A stretch of DNA of 64,000 bases from Dehalococcoidia bacterium (lineage in GTDB: Bacteria > Chloroflexota > Dehalococcoidia > DSTF01 > JALHUB01), in assembly GCA_030018455.1 (NCBI GenBank), contig JASEFU010000001.1, forward strand, positions 61,545 to 125,544, written 5' to 3'. The notes under the pieces are model-generated. The model saw only the letters and a list, made by a program, of their open reading frames with translations, had not been told where the DNA came from and did not search any database. Positions 28,801 to 37,653 of the stretch are shown piece by piece. Numbering within the stretch: the stretch's first letter is position 1; each line of letters starts with the position of its first letter. A program made the translations under genes and the position numbers.

Positions 28801-29474
28801 GCCTGTTCAAGCTCGCGGCTGAGCTGACTGTGCAGCATTGCCCGCTCGGCCTGCCGTTCGAGACGGCCCAGCGTCGGGCCGATCTCCGCCAGAAGAAGGT
28901 TGACCCGATCGAGGTTTTCGCGGGTGGCGGCGAGACGGCCGCGCGCCTCTTCCAGGCGCAGGCGGTGCCGGCGGACGTCGGCGGCCTCTTCGACAAGCGC
29001 GCGGCGGTCTTCCGGCCGCAGAGCCAGCACTTCCTCGACCAGCCCCTGCCCGATGAAGGCGTAACCGCCGTGCCCCACGTGCGCGCCCGCGAACAGGTCC
29101 TGTATCTCGCGAAGGCGCACGCGGTTCCCGTTGAGCAGGTACTCGCTCTGGCCGTCCCTGAAGGCGCGGCGGCCGATGCGCACTTCCGTAAAATCGATGG
29201 GGAGGGCGCCGTCGCTGTTGTCGAGGATGAGATCGACCTCGGCCATGCCGACAGGCGACTTCACGCTGCTGCCGGAGAAGATGACCTCTTCCAGCTTGCG
29301 CGCCCGCAGCGCCCGCGAGTTGTGCTCGCCGAGCACCCAGCGGATAGCGTCGCCGACGTTGCTCTTGCCGACGCCGTTGGGCCCGATGATGCAGGTCACG
29401 CCGGGGCTGAACTCAAGCGCGGTGCGAGAGGCGAAGCTCTTGAATCCCTGCAGCTCGAGTCGCTTGAGGTACAT
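25803..29474 (-). CDS. smc: chromosome segregation protein SMC
   Basis: MYLKRLELQGFKSFASRTALEFSPGVTCIIGPNGVGKSNVGDAIRWVLGE (Walker A), long coiled coils and hinge, C-terminal …LSGGERALTSVALLFAL…LLDEVDAMLD (signature/Walker B). 1223 aa. Confidence 0.95.
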   Translation of the reverse strand: MYLKRLELQGFKSFASRTALEFSPGVTCIIGPNGVGKSNVGDAIRWVLGEHNSRALRARKLEEVIFSGSSVKSPVGMAEVDLILDNSDGALPIDFTEVRIGRRAFRDGQSEYLLNGNRVRLREIQDLFAGAHVGHGGYAFIGQGLVEEVLALRPEDRRALVEEAADVRRHRLRLEEARGRLAATRENLDRVNLLLAEIGPTLGRLERQAERAMLHSQLSRELEQALQALYGHLWREAQDYLTAALAASDQKQEEYRQAETRIATYQEGLQALQKAIEKRRREIEERTQAERRLSDDVRRLEHQLALDEERQRLLGDRRQELRSDIESLEAERERQSQRAAGGGERQAALDEEVERCRAQLVARRQELTEAEREHAELRRGQVEAEEQALRLETSVRETEGRIERLKRAQEGLANELAEIEGRRKESLRRLGSLAQDFLLYHNEKRRLERELADAADAQTSANARIAEARAAILRAEEQVPRLQAQVQHAEARLEILGRVQAQYEGFEDAVRMLLVAAGRIPPADDDDYPEPGSLQGVLGIMARLVRVAPGLEKAIEAALAESLQAIVLESYTDALAVMELLRQYQNGRVTMYALDSLKVSRPLVLLKEKGILGVASDLVSCEARYRPLVETLLGRTIVVETLPLAQKVVRRGLGNVVTLDGELLRPSGAMTSGTIRSAGELVRRESELHHLPEQASQAKAELEGLQKEIEVGRETVKECEATLAKEAARQQRLWQERAGLEQSLVEYRSRLASVGGQLNELRRESARAAQSARQLVTEVKTLERERDAMLGEAKAARERAERQEEAVAALSERLPALTEAVSNASVALAAVEGERQAVALRQEEQQAALARVDGQLEQKRAQLSELEKSLSMVARRLQDSRLLVLKQREQLESVTRVQGPGQEELAQLESREKTLRAELERALAQRLEAERFLLEAQAQVKLKSDELKALQENMEAEGLMPTPTGDVVPIKAEPAREVPVWLSGGVEGGMGREEFLPPIQGGAPVDPVALRETISELRARIRALGPVDAQAPADYAERRQRYDFLAGQVDDLKQAERSLQEVIAQLETKIRERFGEVFQQVNGRFQEYFATFFQGGSARLMLTGKDGDEPGVDIVAQPPGKRVSSLSMLSGGERALTSVALLFALLQTRPSPFCLLDEVDAMLDEANVGRFVDAVRKLSRLSQFILVTHNRRTIEMADHIYGVSMGQDSVSRVLSLRLADVPN

Positions 29475-29480
29475 CCTTCC

Positions 29481-30212
29481 TCAGGACCTTTTCTTCCTGG
29501 CGCGCCGCCGCGAGCCCTCGCCTTCGAGGCTCTCAAGAGCGCGCGTCGCTGCCGCCTTCTCCGCCTGCTGCTTGCTCTTCCCCTGTCCCGTGCCGAGCAC
29601 CTTTCTGCCCGCCGATACCTGCACCGTGAACACCTTCGAGTGATCGGGGCCTTCGTCGCGCACCACCCTGTAGACGGGCGGCCGCTGATAGCGGGCCTGC
29701 AGTATCTCCTGCAGCCGCGATTTCGGGTCGCCGGGAATGCGTCCCTTGGGGAGCGCGCCCAACTCCGGGGCCAGCGACCGGATGACAAAGCGCCGCGCCT
29801 TATCGATTCCCCCGTCCAGATAGACAGCGCCGACGACGGCCTCGAACGCGGCGGAGAGGTTCGAGGGGCGGTTCCTCCCCCCTGCCGACTCCTCACCCTT
29901 CCCGAGGTACAGGTACTCCCCCAGAGTGAGCCGCTTCGCCACCTTCGCCAGCGCGTCGCGGCGCACGACCGCCGCCCGCAGCTCCGTAAGCTGGCCCTCC
30001 TGACGGTCGGGGTAGTCGCCGTAAAGCTTGGCTGCGACAACCAGTCCCAGGACGGCGTCGCCCAGGAACTCGAGTCGCTCGTTGGAATCAAACCCCGACT
30101 CGGGGACCTCGTTCAGGTAAGAGCGGTGCACCAGCGCCTGCTGGAGTAGCGACGGATTACGGAACTTTACACCCATGCGTTTTTCCAACAAGCTCCAGTC
30201 CGGCAATTTCAA
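29481..30212 (-). CDS. rnc: ribonuclease III
   Basis: …HRSYLNE…ERLEFLGDAVLGLVVA… (RNase III signature) plus a C-terminal dsRBD. Immediately upstream of smc, as in the Firmicute rnc-smc arrangement. Confidence 0.95.
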   Translation of the reverse strand: MKLPDWSLLEKRMGVKFRNPSLLQQALVHRSYLNEVPESGFDSNERLEFLGDAVLGLVVAAKLYGDYPDRQEGQLTELRAAVVRRDALAKVAKRLTLGEYLYLGKGEESAGGRNRPSNLSAAFEAVVGAVYLDGGIDKARRFVIRSLAPELGALPKGRIPGDPKSRLQEILQARYQRPPVYRVVRDEGPDHSKVFTVQVSAGRKVLGTGQGKSKQQAEKAAATRALESLEGEGSRRRARKKRS

Positions 30213-30437
30213 GCCCTCGCTAACATGGTCTTCTCGTCGGACAAATATGATAGACCGCCCAGAGGCGGTCTCTCCACCACAACGATCGCGTTCGTGATCG
30301 GAAAAACGGGGCCGGATGCATACTTGCTGGCCGTCCCCCTCATCAAGACGAGCGCCCCCGGCGGCTCCCTTCAGCTAGCCTGGGCCGACTCTAGCCGCAT
30401 GATATGAATCGAACGTAGGTTTGTCAAGCCGCGTGCT

Positions 30438-30449
30438 ATAATTGGCCGA
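30438..30449 (+). promoter_or_regulatory. extended -10 promoter element (TGcTATAAT) upstream of cca
   Basis: gtgcTATAATtgg lies about 30 nt upstream of the GAAGGGGGA SD and ATG of the CCA-adding enzyme, in the divergent rnc/cca intergenic region. Confidence 0.35.
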
Positions 30450-30479
30450 CCCGCAGTCTGAAGGGGGACCTTTCGCACT

Positions 30480-31739
30480 ATGCCAGCACGCCCGCTGCTG
30501 TCCGTGCTGAAGAAGCATCTCCCGGGGCCCGCCCTGAACGCTCTCGGGCAACTCACGCGGCTGGCTGAGACCCGAGAAGAAGCGCTGTACCTCGTGGGCG
30601 GCAGCGTCCGCGATCTGCTGCTCGACCGCCCGGAGGTCGATCTCGACATCGCGGTCGAAGGTGACGCCATCGCCCTGGCCGGGGAGATGGCGGCGCTTAC
30701 GGGCGCAAGGGTCACGGTCCACTCGGCCTTCGGCACCGCCTCTGTCGCCGGTCAGGGCTTCCGCCTCGACCTCGCGCAAACACGCGCGGAGAGCTACCCC
30801 CGGCCGGGGTCGCTTCCCGTCGTGCGGCCCGCCAGCCTCCAAGACGACCTGTCGCGGCGCGACTTCACCGTCAACGCGATGGCCCTGAAACTGACGCGTC
30901 CCGGCGCCGGACGCCTGATCGATCCCTTCTTCGGCAAGCGCGACCTCGAGCAGAGGACGATCCGCGTGCTCCACGAGGCCAGCTTCCGCGACGACGCGAC
31001 CCGGATCCTGCGGGCGGTGCGCTACGAGGGCCGGCTCTCGTTCACGATTGACGGCCCGACGCTGGCTCTGGTGGAGCGCGATCGCGCGTATCTCGACACG
31101 ATCAGCGGCGCCCGCATCATGCACGAGCTGACCCTCATGTTCTACGAGCCGCGTCCCGACGTCCTCCTCGCCCGCTGCGAAGAGCTGGGGTTGCTGCGCG
31201 CTATCCACCCGGCGCTGCATTTCGATGCCGGCGGGGCGGCGGCGCTGGCGCTGGCGGAAGAGGAGCGTGCCGCCCCCTGGGACGAAGTATGCCTTTGCCT
31301 CATCGCCTGGGGAAGCAGCGAGCAGGAGGTAGAATCACTCGGAGAGCGCCTCAGCCTGGCGCGACGTCATCAGCAGGCCCTTCGTGATGCAGCGAAGGCG
31401 CGCGAACTCGTGCCGACGCTGCTCGACCCCCACCTCGCGCCCAGCGCCGTCGTGGAGATGCTGGAGCCGCTCGCCGTCGCCGGCGTCTGGGCGTTGCGGC
31501 TCATGCTCCGCGAAGGGACAGCGGCGGAGCGGACAGACATGTTCCTCAAGGAATGGCGGCGCCTGCGGCCGTTCCTCAACGGGCGCGCTCTCAGGCGCAT
31601 GGGCGTGCCGGAGGGCCCCCGCCTGGGCGCGCTGCTCAGAATGCTTCGCGCCGCCCGACTGGACGGCCTGACGTCAAGCCGCGAGGACGAGATCGCGCTG
31701 GTGGAGCGTCTCAGGCCCCTGGGCCCGGCTCACGGCTGA
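30480..31739 (+). CDS. cca: CCA-adding tRNA nucleotidyltransferase / poly(A) polymerase family protein
   Basis: …LYLVGGSVRDLLL…DLDIAV… (Pol-beta nucleotidyltransferase GS…D.D motif) and …RRDFTVNAMA… (head-domain signature). Confidence 0.85.
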   Translation: MPARPLLSVLKKHLPGPALNALGQLTRLAETREEALYLVGGSVRDLLLDRPEVDLDIAVEGDAIALAGEMAALTGARVTVHSAFGTASVAGQGFRLDLAQTRAESYPRPGSLPVVRPASLQDDLSRRDFTVNAMALKLTRPGAGRLIDPFFGKRDLEQRTIRVLHEASFRDDATRILRAVRYEGRLSFTIDGPTLALVERDRAYLDTISGARIMHELTLMFYEPRPDVLLARCEELGLLRAIHPALHFDAGGAAALALAEEERAAPWDEVCLCLIAWGSSEQEVESLGERLSLARRHQQALRDAAKARELVPTLLDPHLAPSAVVEMLEPLAVAGVWALRLMLREGTAAERTDMFLKEWRRLRPFLNGRALRRMGVPEGPRLGALLRMLRAARLDGLTSSREDEIALVERLRPLGPAHG

Positions 31740-34557
31740 GCCAGTCCCGTACTGCCTGCGGCATCGCCCGCAGCGGCTCCTCCCGCAACGTGCATGCCGG
31801 CAGCGATTCCAAGAAGGCCCGTCCGTACGCCTTGCTCTTGATCCGCCGGTCGAGGACGACGACTACCCCACGGTCTGTCTTTCGGCGGATGAGGCGCCCA
31901 AAGCCCTGCTTGAACCTGAGTACGGCCTGCGGAAGGGCGTACTGCATGAACGGGTCGTCGAACAGCTCGGAGCGGGAAGCAAATATGGGGTCGGTAGGAA
32001 CGGAAAACGGCAGACGGGCGATCACCAGCAGCGACAGCGCCTCCCCGACTACGTCGACCCCTTCCCAGAAGCTCGCCGTCCCCAAGATGACCGTCCGGTG
32101 GTCCTCCCGCAGCGTGTTCAGCAGGTTCTTCGGCGCGCCGTCGATCCCCTGCGCGAGGACGAGGACATCGTCTTCTTCCAGCCGGCCCCTTATCGCGTGG
32201 TATGTCGTCTGAAGGGCGCCGTGCGACGTAAAGAGGACGAGGGCGCGGCCCCCGCTGGCGCGGCACAATTCGACAAGAGCCTGCTCCAGCAGCGGCTGGT
32301 AGGCGTTTTCATTAGGCTCCGGCATGTTCGACGGCAGCAGCATGAGGGTCGAGCGCTCGTAGTCGAACGGCGAGCCGAGGAGCAGCTCCCGCGCGCCTTC
32401 GATGCCGATCCGGCTGCAGAGGTAGTCCATCCGGCCCGCCACGCTAAGGGTGGCGCCGCTCAGAATGACGCTCTCCTTTTTCGAGAACAGGCCTTTTTGC
32501 AGCAGGCCGGCCACCTCCAGCGGCGCCGCCGACAGGACAATGCGCCCGCTCGACCGCTCCAGAGTCATCCAGGTGATCGCCTCACGGTCTGACCCTGAGA
32601 CCACGGACGCCACGCCCCGCCGCAGGCGATGCCCGTCTTGCAGGAGGCCCAGCGTCTCAGAAAGCAACTCCTCTTGCAGCGGACTGCCGCCTGCTCCCAG
32701 CGACACCGCCTCCGCCGTCGCCGCCAGCGCCTCGACGGCCTGCCGCATGGCCGAATCGAGCTTCTCCCATGCTACTTCGACAGCCGTCCACCCGGGTTGC
32801 GCGCGCGATGCCCGCGTCAAGAGCATCCGCTGGTCGTAATCGCCTTCCCTTGCGGCGTGGGTGGTCAGAAACCCGCTCAGGACGTCGAACAGGGGCGGCA
32901 CTGCCCGCCTTCCTTCCTGGGAGGCCGACGCCAGCCTGTCGATCAGACTCTGCGCCTCTGCATGCGATTCCGCTGGGAGCGTTCGCAGCGCGTGCAGCAG
33001 GCCGGCGATCAGCCCCGACATGCGCGTGCGCGTGCGCGACCCCACTCTCTCGAAGAAAGCGGCCAGGTCCGCCTCGCCGGCCTCGAAGCCGAACTGGTCA
33101 GTGGCCTCCTCCTCCAGGTTATGGGCCTCGTCGATTATCAAGTGGTCGTACTCGGGAAGCACGTGACCGCCGGTCGCCACGTCTGCCAGCAGCAGGGCGT
33201 GATTGACGACCACCAGATGGGAGGACTCCGCCTGCTTTCGCGCGTGCTGGAGGAAGCACGTCCCTCGGCGCAGGTGCTCGCAGGGGAGGCCCAGACACTC
33301 CTCGCTGTCGGCGCTCACACGGCCCCACAGCGTTTCCTGCTGCGGGGGGAGCCTCAGTTCGGCGCGGTCGCCGGTCGCCGTCCTCGATAGCCAGAGCAGG
33401 ATGCGGGCCGCCAGCTTCGCCTCCTGAAGGTTGCGGGGAGCGCTGAGGAAAGCGGCGAAACGGCGCGGACAGAGGTAGTTGCGGCGGCCCTTCAACTGAC
33501 AGTGGCGCAGCGGTTCGCTTCCTGTCTTTTTGCCCGCCGCTTCGAGGAGCCGCTCCAGCGCGGGTATGTCCTTGCTCATGAGCTGCTCCTGGAGATTGAT
33601 CGTATCCGTAGATATGACGACGCGGGCGCCGTTGCGCAGTGCGTGCAATGCGGCCGGAACGAGGTAGGCAAGCGATTTGCCTGTCCCCGTGCCCGCTTCG
33701 ACGACGAGGTAGCCGCCCTCGCTCAAGGTCTCCGCCACGCTCCGCGTCATCGCCAGCTGTTCCGCCCGGTGCTCATAGCCCGCGAACGCCTCCGGCCGCC
33801 TTTGTGGGCTTTCCAGCGTGGCCAGCGCTTCTTCGGGGTCAACGGGACGGCGGGACGCGGCGGCCGCAAGGGGAGGCGGGACCCTCGGCAAAGCAGGCAA
33901 CGTCTCTCCTCCTGCCCCTGGGGTGGAGAGCGCGGGCGCCTCACGCAAAATCTCTTCGAGCAGGTATGACAGAGGCCACTGGAAGGCCCGGGCCAAACGC
34001 TGCAGCTCGATCAGGATCGTCAGCGGCTGCTCAGCAAGGCGCGAGCGCAGGCGCAGGAAGACATTCGCCGCGGCCTGCGCATCGGCGAGGGCCCGGTGTC
34101 GCTGCGGAAAGTCGACACCCAGGTGCTGCGCCACCGACTGCAGGCTGTACTCGCCCGCCTCCCAGAGGAGCAACGACGCCAGGTCGTACGTGTCGAACGC
34201 GACGGCGGGCGGAGCGAAGCCCTGCGCGGCGAGAAACGACAGGTCGAAGGAGGCATTGTGCGCCACGACGGGCAGGTCACCCAGGAATGCGGTCAGTCCG
34301 GGCGCGATTTCTGAGAAGGTAGGCGCGCGCTTGAGGTCTTCCGCCCTTATGCTGGTGAGACGGTGAACGAAAAGGGGCACGCGCCCCCGCGGACGCACGA
34401 GAGCCTGAAAGCTCTCGATCTCCCCGTTGAGGTCGAACCTCACGGCGCCGACCTCGATAATCTCGCAGCTTTCGGGACTGAGACCCGTTGTCTCAAGATC
34501 GAGGGCTACGTAGGCAGGGGTCACGCGGTCTCCGGGAGGAAGAGATGACAGACTCAT
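31711..34557 (-). CDS. dinG: DinG-family ATP-dependent DNA helicase with N-terminal DnaQ-like 3'-5' exonuclease domain
   Basis: N-terminus YVALDLETTGLSPESCEIIEVGAVRF (Exo I motif). Helicase motifs …VEAGTGTGKSLAYL… (Walker A) and …DHLIIDEAHNL… (DEAH). 948 aa, Firmicute-type exo-DinG fusion. Confidence 0.9.
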   Translation of the reverse strand: MSLSSLPPGDRVTPAYVALDLETTGLSPESCEIIEVGAVRFDLNGEIESFQALVRPRGRVPLFVHRLTSIRAEDLKRAPTFSEIAPGLTAFLGDLPVVAHNASFDLSFLAAQGFAPPAVAFDTYDLASLLLWEAGEYSLQSVAQHLGVDFPQRHRALADAQAAANVFLRLRSRLAEQPLTILIELQRLARAFQWPLSYLLEEILREAPALSTPGAGGETLPALPRVPPPLAAAASRRPVDPEEALATLESPQRRPEAFAGYEHRAEQLAMTRSVAETLSEGGYLVVEAGTGTGKSLAYLVPAALHALRNGARVVISTDTINLQEQLMSKDIPALERLLEAAGKKTGSEPLRHCQLKGRRNYLCPRRFAAFLSAPRNLQEAKLAARILLWLSRTATGDRAELRLPPQQETLWGRVSADSEECLGLPCEHLRRGTCFLQHARKQAESSHLVVVNHALLLADVATGGHVLPEYDHLIIDEAHNLEEEATDQFGFEAGEADLAAFFERVGSRTRTRMSGLIAGLLHALRTLPAESHAEAQSLIDRLASASQEGRRAVPPLFDVLSGFLTTHAAREGDYDQRMLLTRASRAQPGWTAVEVAWEKLDSAMRQAVEALAATAEAVSLGAGGSPLQEELLSETLGLLQDGHRLRRGVASVVSGSDREAITWMTLERSSGRIVLSAAPLEVAGLLQKGLFSKKESVILSGATLSVAGRMDYLCSRIGIEGARELLLGSPFDYERSTLMLLPSNMPEPNENAYQPLLEQALVELCRASGGRALVLFTSHGALQTTYHAIRGRLEEDDVLVLAQGIDGAPKNLLNTLREDHRTVILGTASFWEGVDVVGEALSLLVIARLPFSVPTDPIFASRSELFDDPFMQYALPQAVLRFKQGFGRLIRRKTDRGVVVVLDRRIKSKAYGRAFLESLPACTLREEPLRAMPQAVRDWLSREPGPGA

Positions 34558-34592
34558 TCTAGCATGGCCGCGAACGTCGAGATATCCGGAGG

Positions 34593-35297
34593 TCAGACGC
34601 CCCCTGAAGGCGAACTCAGGGTGAAGCGCTCGACCTTGCCACGAAGCAGCCCGTGCGCGGGATAGAAGCGCCCCGCCTTGAGCTCGCGCAGGAGGTCTTC
34701 CTCGCTCTCAAGAGTATTCTCGAAGACCGTGGTGTACAGACCGATGCCCTGGTCCGAGTGGGCATCGCTGCCGCCGATGCCCGGCTTCCCCAGGATGTCG
34801 GCTACCTGCAGCGCAAAGCGGTTCTCCTCGTAGTTGTTGCCGCCGTTGAGCACCTCGATCGCGTCCACGAGATCGAACAGCGGGAGCTTCGCGGCCTCTT
34901 CAGGGGTCATGTTGAAGGGCTCCCAGCCCTGGCGAACCCAGTAGACGCGGTAGAAGTAGTGACGGAAGGGGTGGGCGGCGATCATGTAACCGCCCGCTTC
35001 GAGGACCACGCGGCGAAGCTCCTCAGCGTAGCGGATCCCCGGCAGGTACTTGCGCAAGCCGACGACCAGGATGTGACCGAGCTCCGTCGAGACCTCCATC
35101 CCGCCGGCGATGAACAGGGAATGGGTGTCGTGGAAACGCTCCAGCTCCAGCGGGTCCCACACGCGGTCGTGCTCCGTCACCACCACGCCGTCGAGCCCGA
35201 CGCGTCTCGCCTCGCGGGCGAGCTCCGCCGGGCGCAGGCTGCTGTCGGCGGCACCGTGGGTCGTGTGGATGTGCATATCGATGATGCTGCCGGACAT
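34593..35297 (-). CDS. PHP-domain metal-dependent phosphoesterase
   Basis: IIDMHIHTTHGAADSSLRPAELA… (HxH PHP N-terminal motif), …VVVTEHD…, …EVLNGGN… Lies 35 nt upstream of dinG on the same strand. Confidence 0.75.
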   Translation of the reverse strand: MSGSIIDMHIHTTHGAADSSLRPAELAREARRVGLDGVVVTEHDRVWDPLELERFHDTHSLFIAGGMEVSTELGHILVVGLRKYLPGIRYAEELRRVVLEAGGYMIAAHPFRHYFYRVYWVRQGWEPFNMTPEEAAKLPLFDLVDAIEVLNGGNNYEENRFALQVADILGKPGIGGSDAHSDQGIGLYTTVFENTLESEEDLLRELKAGRFYPAHGLLRGKVERFTLSSPSGGV

Positions 35298-35352
35298 GAC
35301 GCGAATGCTCGCCCTCCTCGCGCCTCTTACTGTATCACAGCACCGACGCCGC

Positions 35353-35778
35353 TCACGAATTGGGGCCGATCTGCGCCAGATACGGCGTCACCCAGCCGAA
35401 AAGCGCAACAAAGCACGCGGCAAGGAAGAGCGCCATCCTTCGCGCGGACGGCACCAGAACAAAAGGCGGCACGAAAATCATCACGGCGAGGATGAGGATA
35501 ATGGCGGTGAAGAGCAGGTTCGGGCTGCCGAGGCCCCCCTGCGACGTGGCGCGCTCAACGAGGATCAGCCCCATGCCGAGCACGATGCCGAGCGCAGTCC
35601 AGAGGAGAAAGGCGACGTTCGCCGCTGGTATGGTGATGAGCAGGACGGGCACGCCCCGCGCCGCTTGACGCACGAACGCGACATTCTCGCGCGACCTCAC
35701 GATCCAGACGGCGAAAAGCGGCGTGCTTATGAGGGACAGGACAAACCCGCAAATGAAACCGGCCAGTACCTCCGCCAC
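35353..35778 (-). CDS. hypothetical membrane protein (4 TM helices)
   Basis: GTG start at 35778 directly after GGAGGAG and overlapping the ispE stop. Four hydrophobic helices. No known motif. Confidence 0.45.
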   Translation of the reverse strand: MAEVLAGFICGFVLSLISTPLFAVWIVRSRENVAFVRQAARGVPVLLITIPAANVAFLLWTALGIVLGMGLILVERATSQGGLGSPNLLFTAIILILAVMIFVPPFVLVPSARRMALFLAACFVALFGWVTPYLAQIGPNS

Positions 35779-35779
35779 G

Positions 35780-36676
35780 TCACTCCTCCACGCGGAGTGC
35801 GGTGGCAGGCGTCGCTTCGAGCGTCCCGACCAGGAAAAGGTCGAGGCCCGCCGCGGCGAGACGGTCCAGGTACTCCTGGGTTGTCTCGCCGGGGCAGAGG
35901 AGGAAGAAGAAGGCGGGCCCGCTGCCGGCAAGATGGGGCCGGTTCGAGCCGATTGTGCCCGCGAGCGTCATCGCCTCGGTGGCCGCAGGGACTACATCGG
36001 AGACAACCTTCTCGAAAACGTTATAGAGGTCGCCATCGCCGACAGGCTCTCCGCCGCGGAGCTTCTCCACGAGCGCAGCAGTCCGGCTTCCGTCCGTGTA
36101 ATGTTCCGGCGTCAGCCGCGCGTACATTAGCGCCGTCTTGCGGGGAATGAGCGTATGCGGGACGACCAGGAGCAGCCGGCACTGAGGGCTATCCGGCAAC
36201 GGCGTCACTTCCTCTCCGCGACCGCCGGCCCGGGCAGTGCCCCCGTGAAGGAAGAACGGGACATCGGCGCCGAGCTTCGCCCCGATCGACGCCAGCTCCC
36301 CAACAGACAGCCCGAGGCCCCAGAGCGCGTTGAGCGCTCTCAATACCGCCGCCGCGTCGGAGCTGCCGCCGCCCAGTCCGGCCGCCGCCGGCACGACCTT
36401 TTCCAACTCGATGAGCGCCCCCCGCTGGCGGTCTCCCGCCGCTTCCAGGAGCGCCGTCGCCGCCCGCTGCGCGAGGTTCTCTTCCGGCACGGCCGGCAGC
36501 CCCTCGACGCGGCCTCTCACCGACAGCCGAAGCTCCTCGTCCGGCGATACCACCACCCTATCGGCGAGGTCGATCGTCTGCAGTACCGTCGCGACCTCGT
36601 GGTAGCCGTCGTCCCGGCGTCGCAGCGCTTCCAGCGTCCAGTTCACCTTCGCCGGAGCAAACGTCGATATCCTCAC
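35780..36676 (-). CDS. ispE: 4-diphosphocytidyl-2-C-methyl-D-erythritol kinase
   Basis: MRISTFAPAKVNWTLEAL… (K-x-N), GHMP-kinase motif …PAAAGLGGGSSDAAAVL…. 298 aa. Confidence 0.9.
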   Translation of the reverse strand: MRISTFAPAKVNWTLEALRRRDDGYHEVATVLQTIDLADRVVVSPDEELRLSVRGRVEGLPAVPEENLAQRAATALLEAAGDRQRGALIELEKVVPAAAGLGGGSSDAAAVLRALNALWGLGLSVGELASIGAKLGADVPFFLHGGTARAGGRGEEVTPLPDSPQCRLLLVVPHTLIPRKTALMYARLTPEHYTDGSRTAALVEKLRGGEPVGDGDLYNVFEKVVSDVVPAATEAMTLAGTIGSNRPHLAGSGPAFFFLLCPGETTQEYLDRLAAAGLDLFLVGTLEATPATALRVEE

Positions 36677-37653
36677 CGGGCGGTGCCTCCCGATTTATGT
36701 AAACCGGACGCCGAGAACGCCCCGTAGAGTCGCGCCCAGTCTTCCAGGCCCAGCGCCTGCGCCCGCACCCGCGGATCGACTCCCGCCTCCGCGATCGTCG
36801 CCGCAACGTGGGGCGCAGACGCGCCGAGGGCATGGCTGAGGGCGTTGCGCAGTTGCTTGCGCGGGGCGCTGAAGCCGGCGCGCACGAACCGGAAGAAGCC
36901 GCCGGTGTCTTCCACTTCGACCGCCGGGCGCGCGCGCACGTCGAGCCGCAGCACGGCCGACTGCACTTTCGGCGGCGGGTAGAAGGCTGAGGGCGGAACC
37001 GTGAAGAGCAGGCGGGGCGACGCGTAGAACTGCACGCTCATTCCCAGCAGACTCGTTTTCCCCGGCCCGGCGACGATGCTCTCCGCCACCTCCTTCTGCA
37101 CCATGACGACGAGTCGCGACGGTGGCGCCGTAGCCTCGAGGAAGAAGCGCAGCACCGGCGCGGCGATGTAGTACGGGAGGTTGGCGACGACGACGTACGG
37201 CGGCGATGCGCCCGCCTCCCGCAACAGTTGCGAGGGGGTGAGCGACAGCACGTCGGCGCAGACCAGCGAGAGGTTGGGCGTCTCCGCGAACCGCTGCCGC
37301 AGGTGGTCGCAAAGCTCCTCGTCTACCTCGACCGCGACAACCCTGGCGGCGCGCTTTGCGAGCAGGGCCGTCAGCGTGCCCAGCCCGGCGCCCACCTCCA
37401 CCACCGTGTCGTCGGGAGACAGTTTGGCGGCGCGGACGATCCGCTGTAGTATTCGGCGGTCGCGCAGGAAGTGCTGCCCTAGCCCCTTGCGCGCGAAGTG
37501 GCCTGCTTCTCGAAGCGCGCGGGGGGCGCGGGGGAAGCGGCGGGTTGGGGGAATGCGCCAGTCGTCTTCGACGGCTTGCCGCTTCTTTCCCTCGTCAGGG
37601 GCCGAGGATGTAGATGTCAACCCAGCGCGAGGTCCAGTTCGGGGTGACCCCAT
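36673..37653 (-). CDS. rsmA: 16S rRNA (adenine1518-N6/adenine1519-N6)-dimethyltransferase
   Basis: …GLGQHFLRDRRILQRIV…VVEVGAGLGTLT… (SAM motif I), …ANLPYYIA… (NLPY motif). Has a roughly 30-45 aa Arg/Pro-rich N-terminal extension; a TTG at 37620 is an alternative start. Overlaps the ispE start by 4 nt. Confidence 0.85.
   Translation of the reverse strand: MGSPRTGPRAGLTSTSSAPDEGKKRQAVEDDWRIPPTRRFPRAPRALREAGHFARKGLGQHFLRDRRILQRIVRAAKLSPDDTVVEVGAGLGTLTALLAKRAARVVAVEVDEELCDHLRQRFAETPNLSLVCADVLSLTPSQLLREAGASPPYVVVANLPYYIAAPVLRFFLEATAPPSRLVVMVQKEVAESIVAGPGKTSLLGMSVQFYASPRLLFTVPPSAFYPPPKVQSAVLRLDVRARPAVEVEDTGGFFRFVRAGFSAPRKQLRNALSHALGASAPHVAATIAEAGVDPRVRAQALGLEDWARLYGAFSASGLHKSGGTAR

Noticed and set aside
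26949-30149. Long plus-strand ORFs (514 aa, 526 aa) inside smc/rnc
   Set aside because: Antisense to SMC and RNase III. The reverse-complement of coiled-coil-coding DNA gives long open frames.
30213-30479. Looked for a canonical -35/-10 pair for cca
   Set aside because: Only an extended -10 (TGcTATAAT) is convincing. TTGTCA upstream is mis-spaced, so the -35 is not called.
33639-34366. Plus-strand ORFs inside dinG
   Set aside because: Antisense artefacts.
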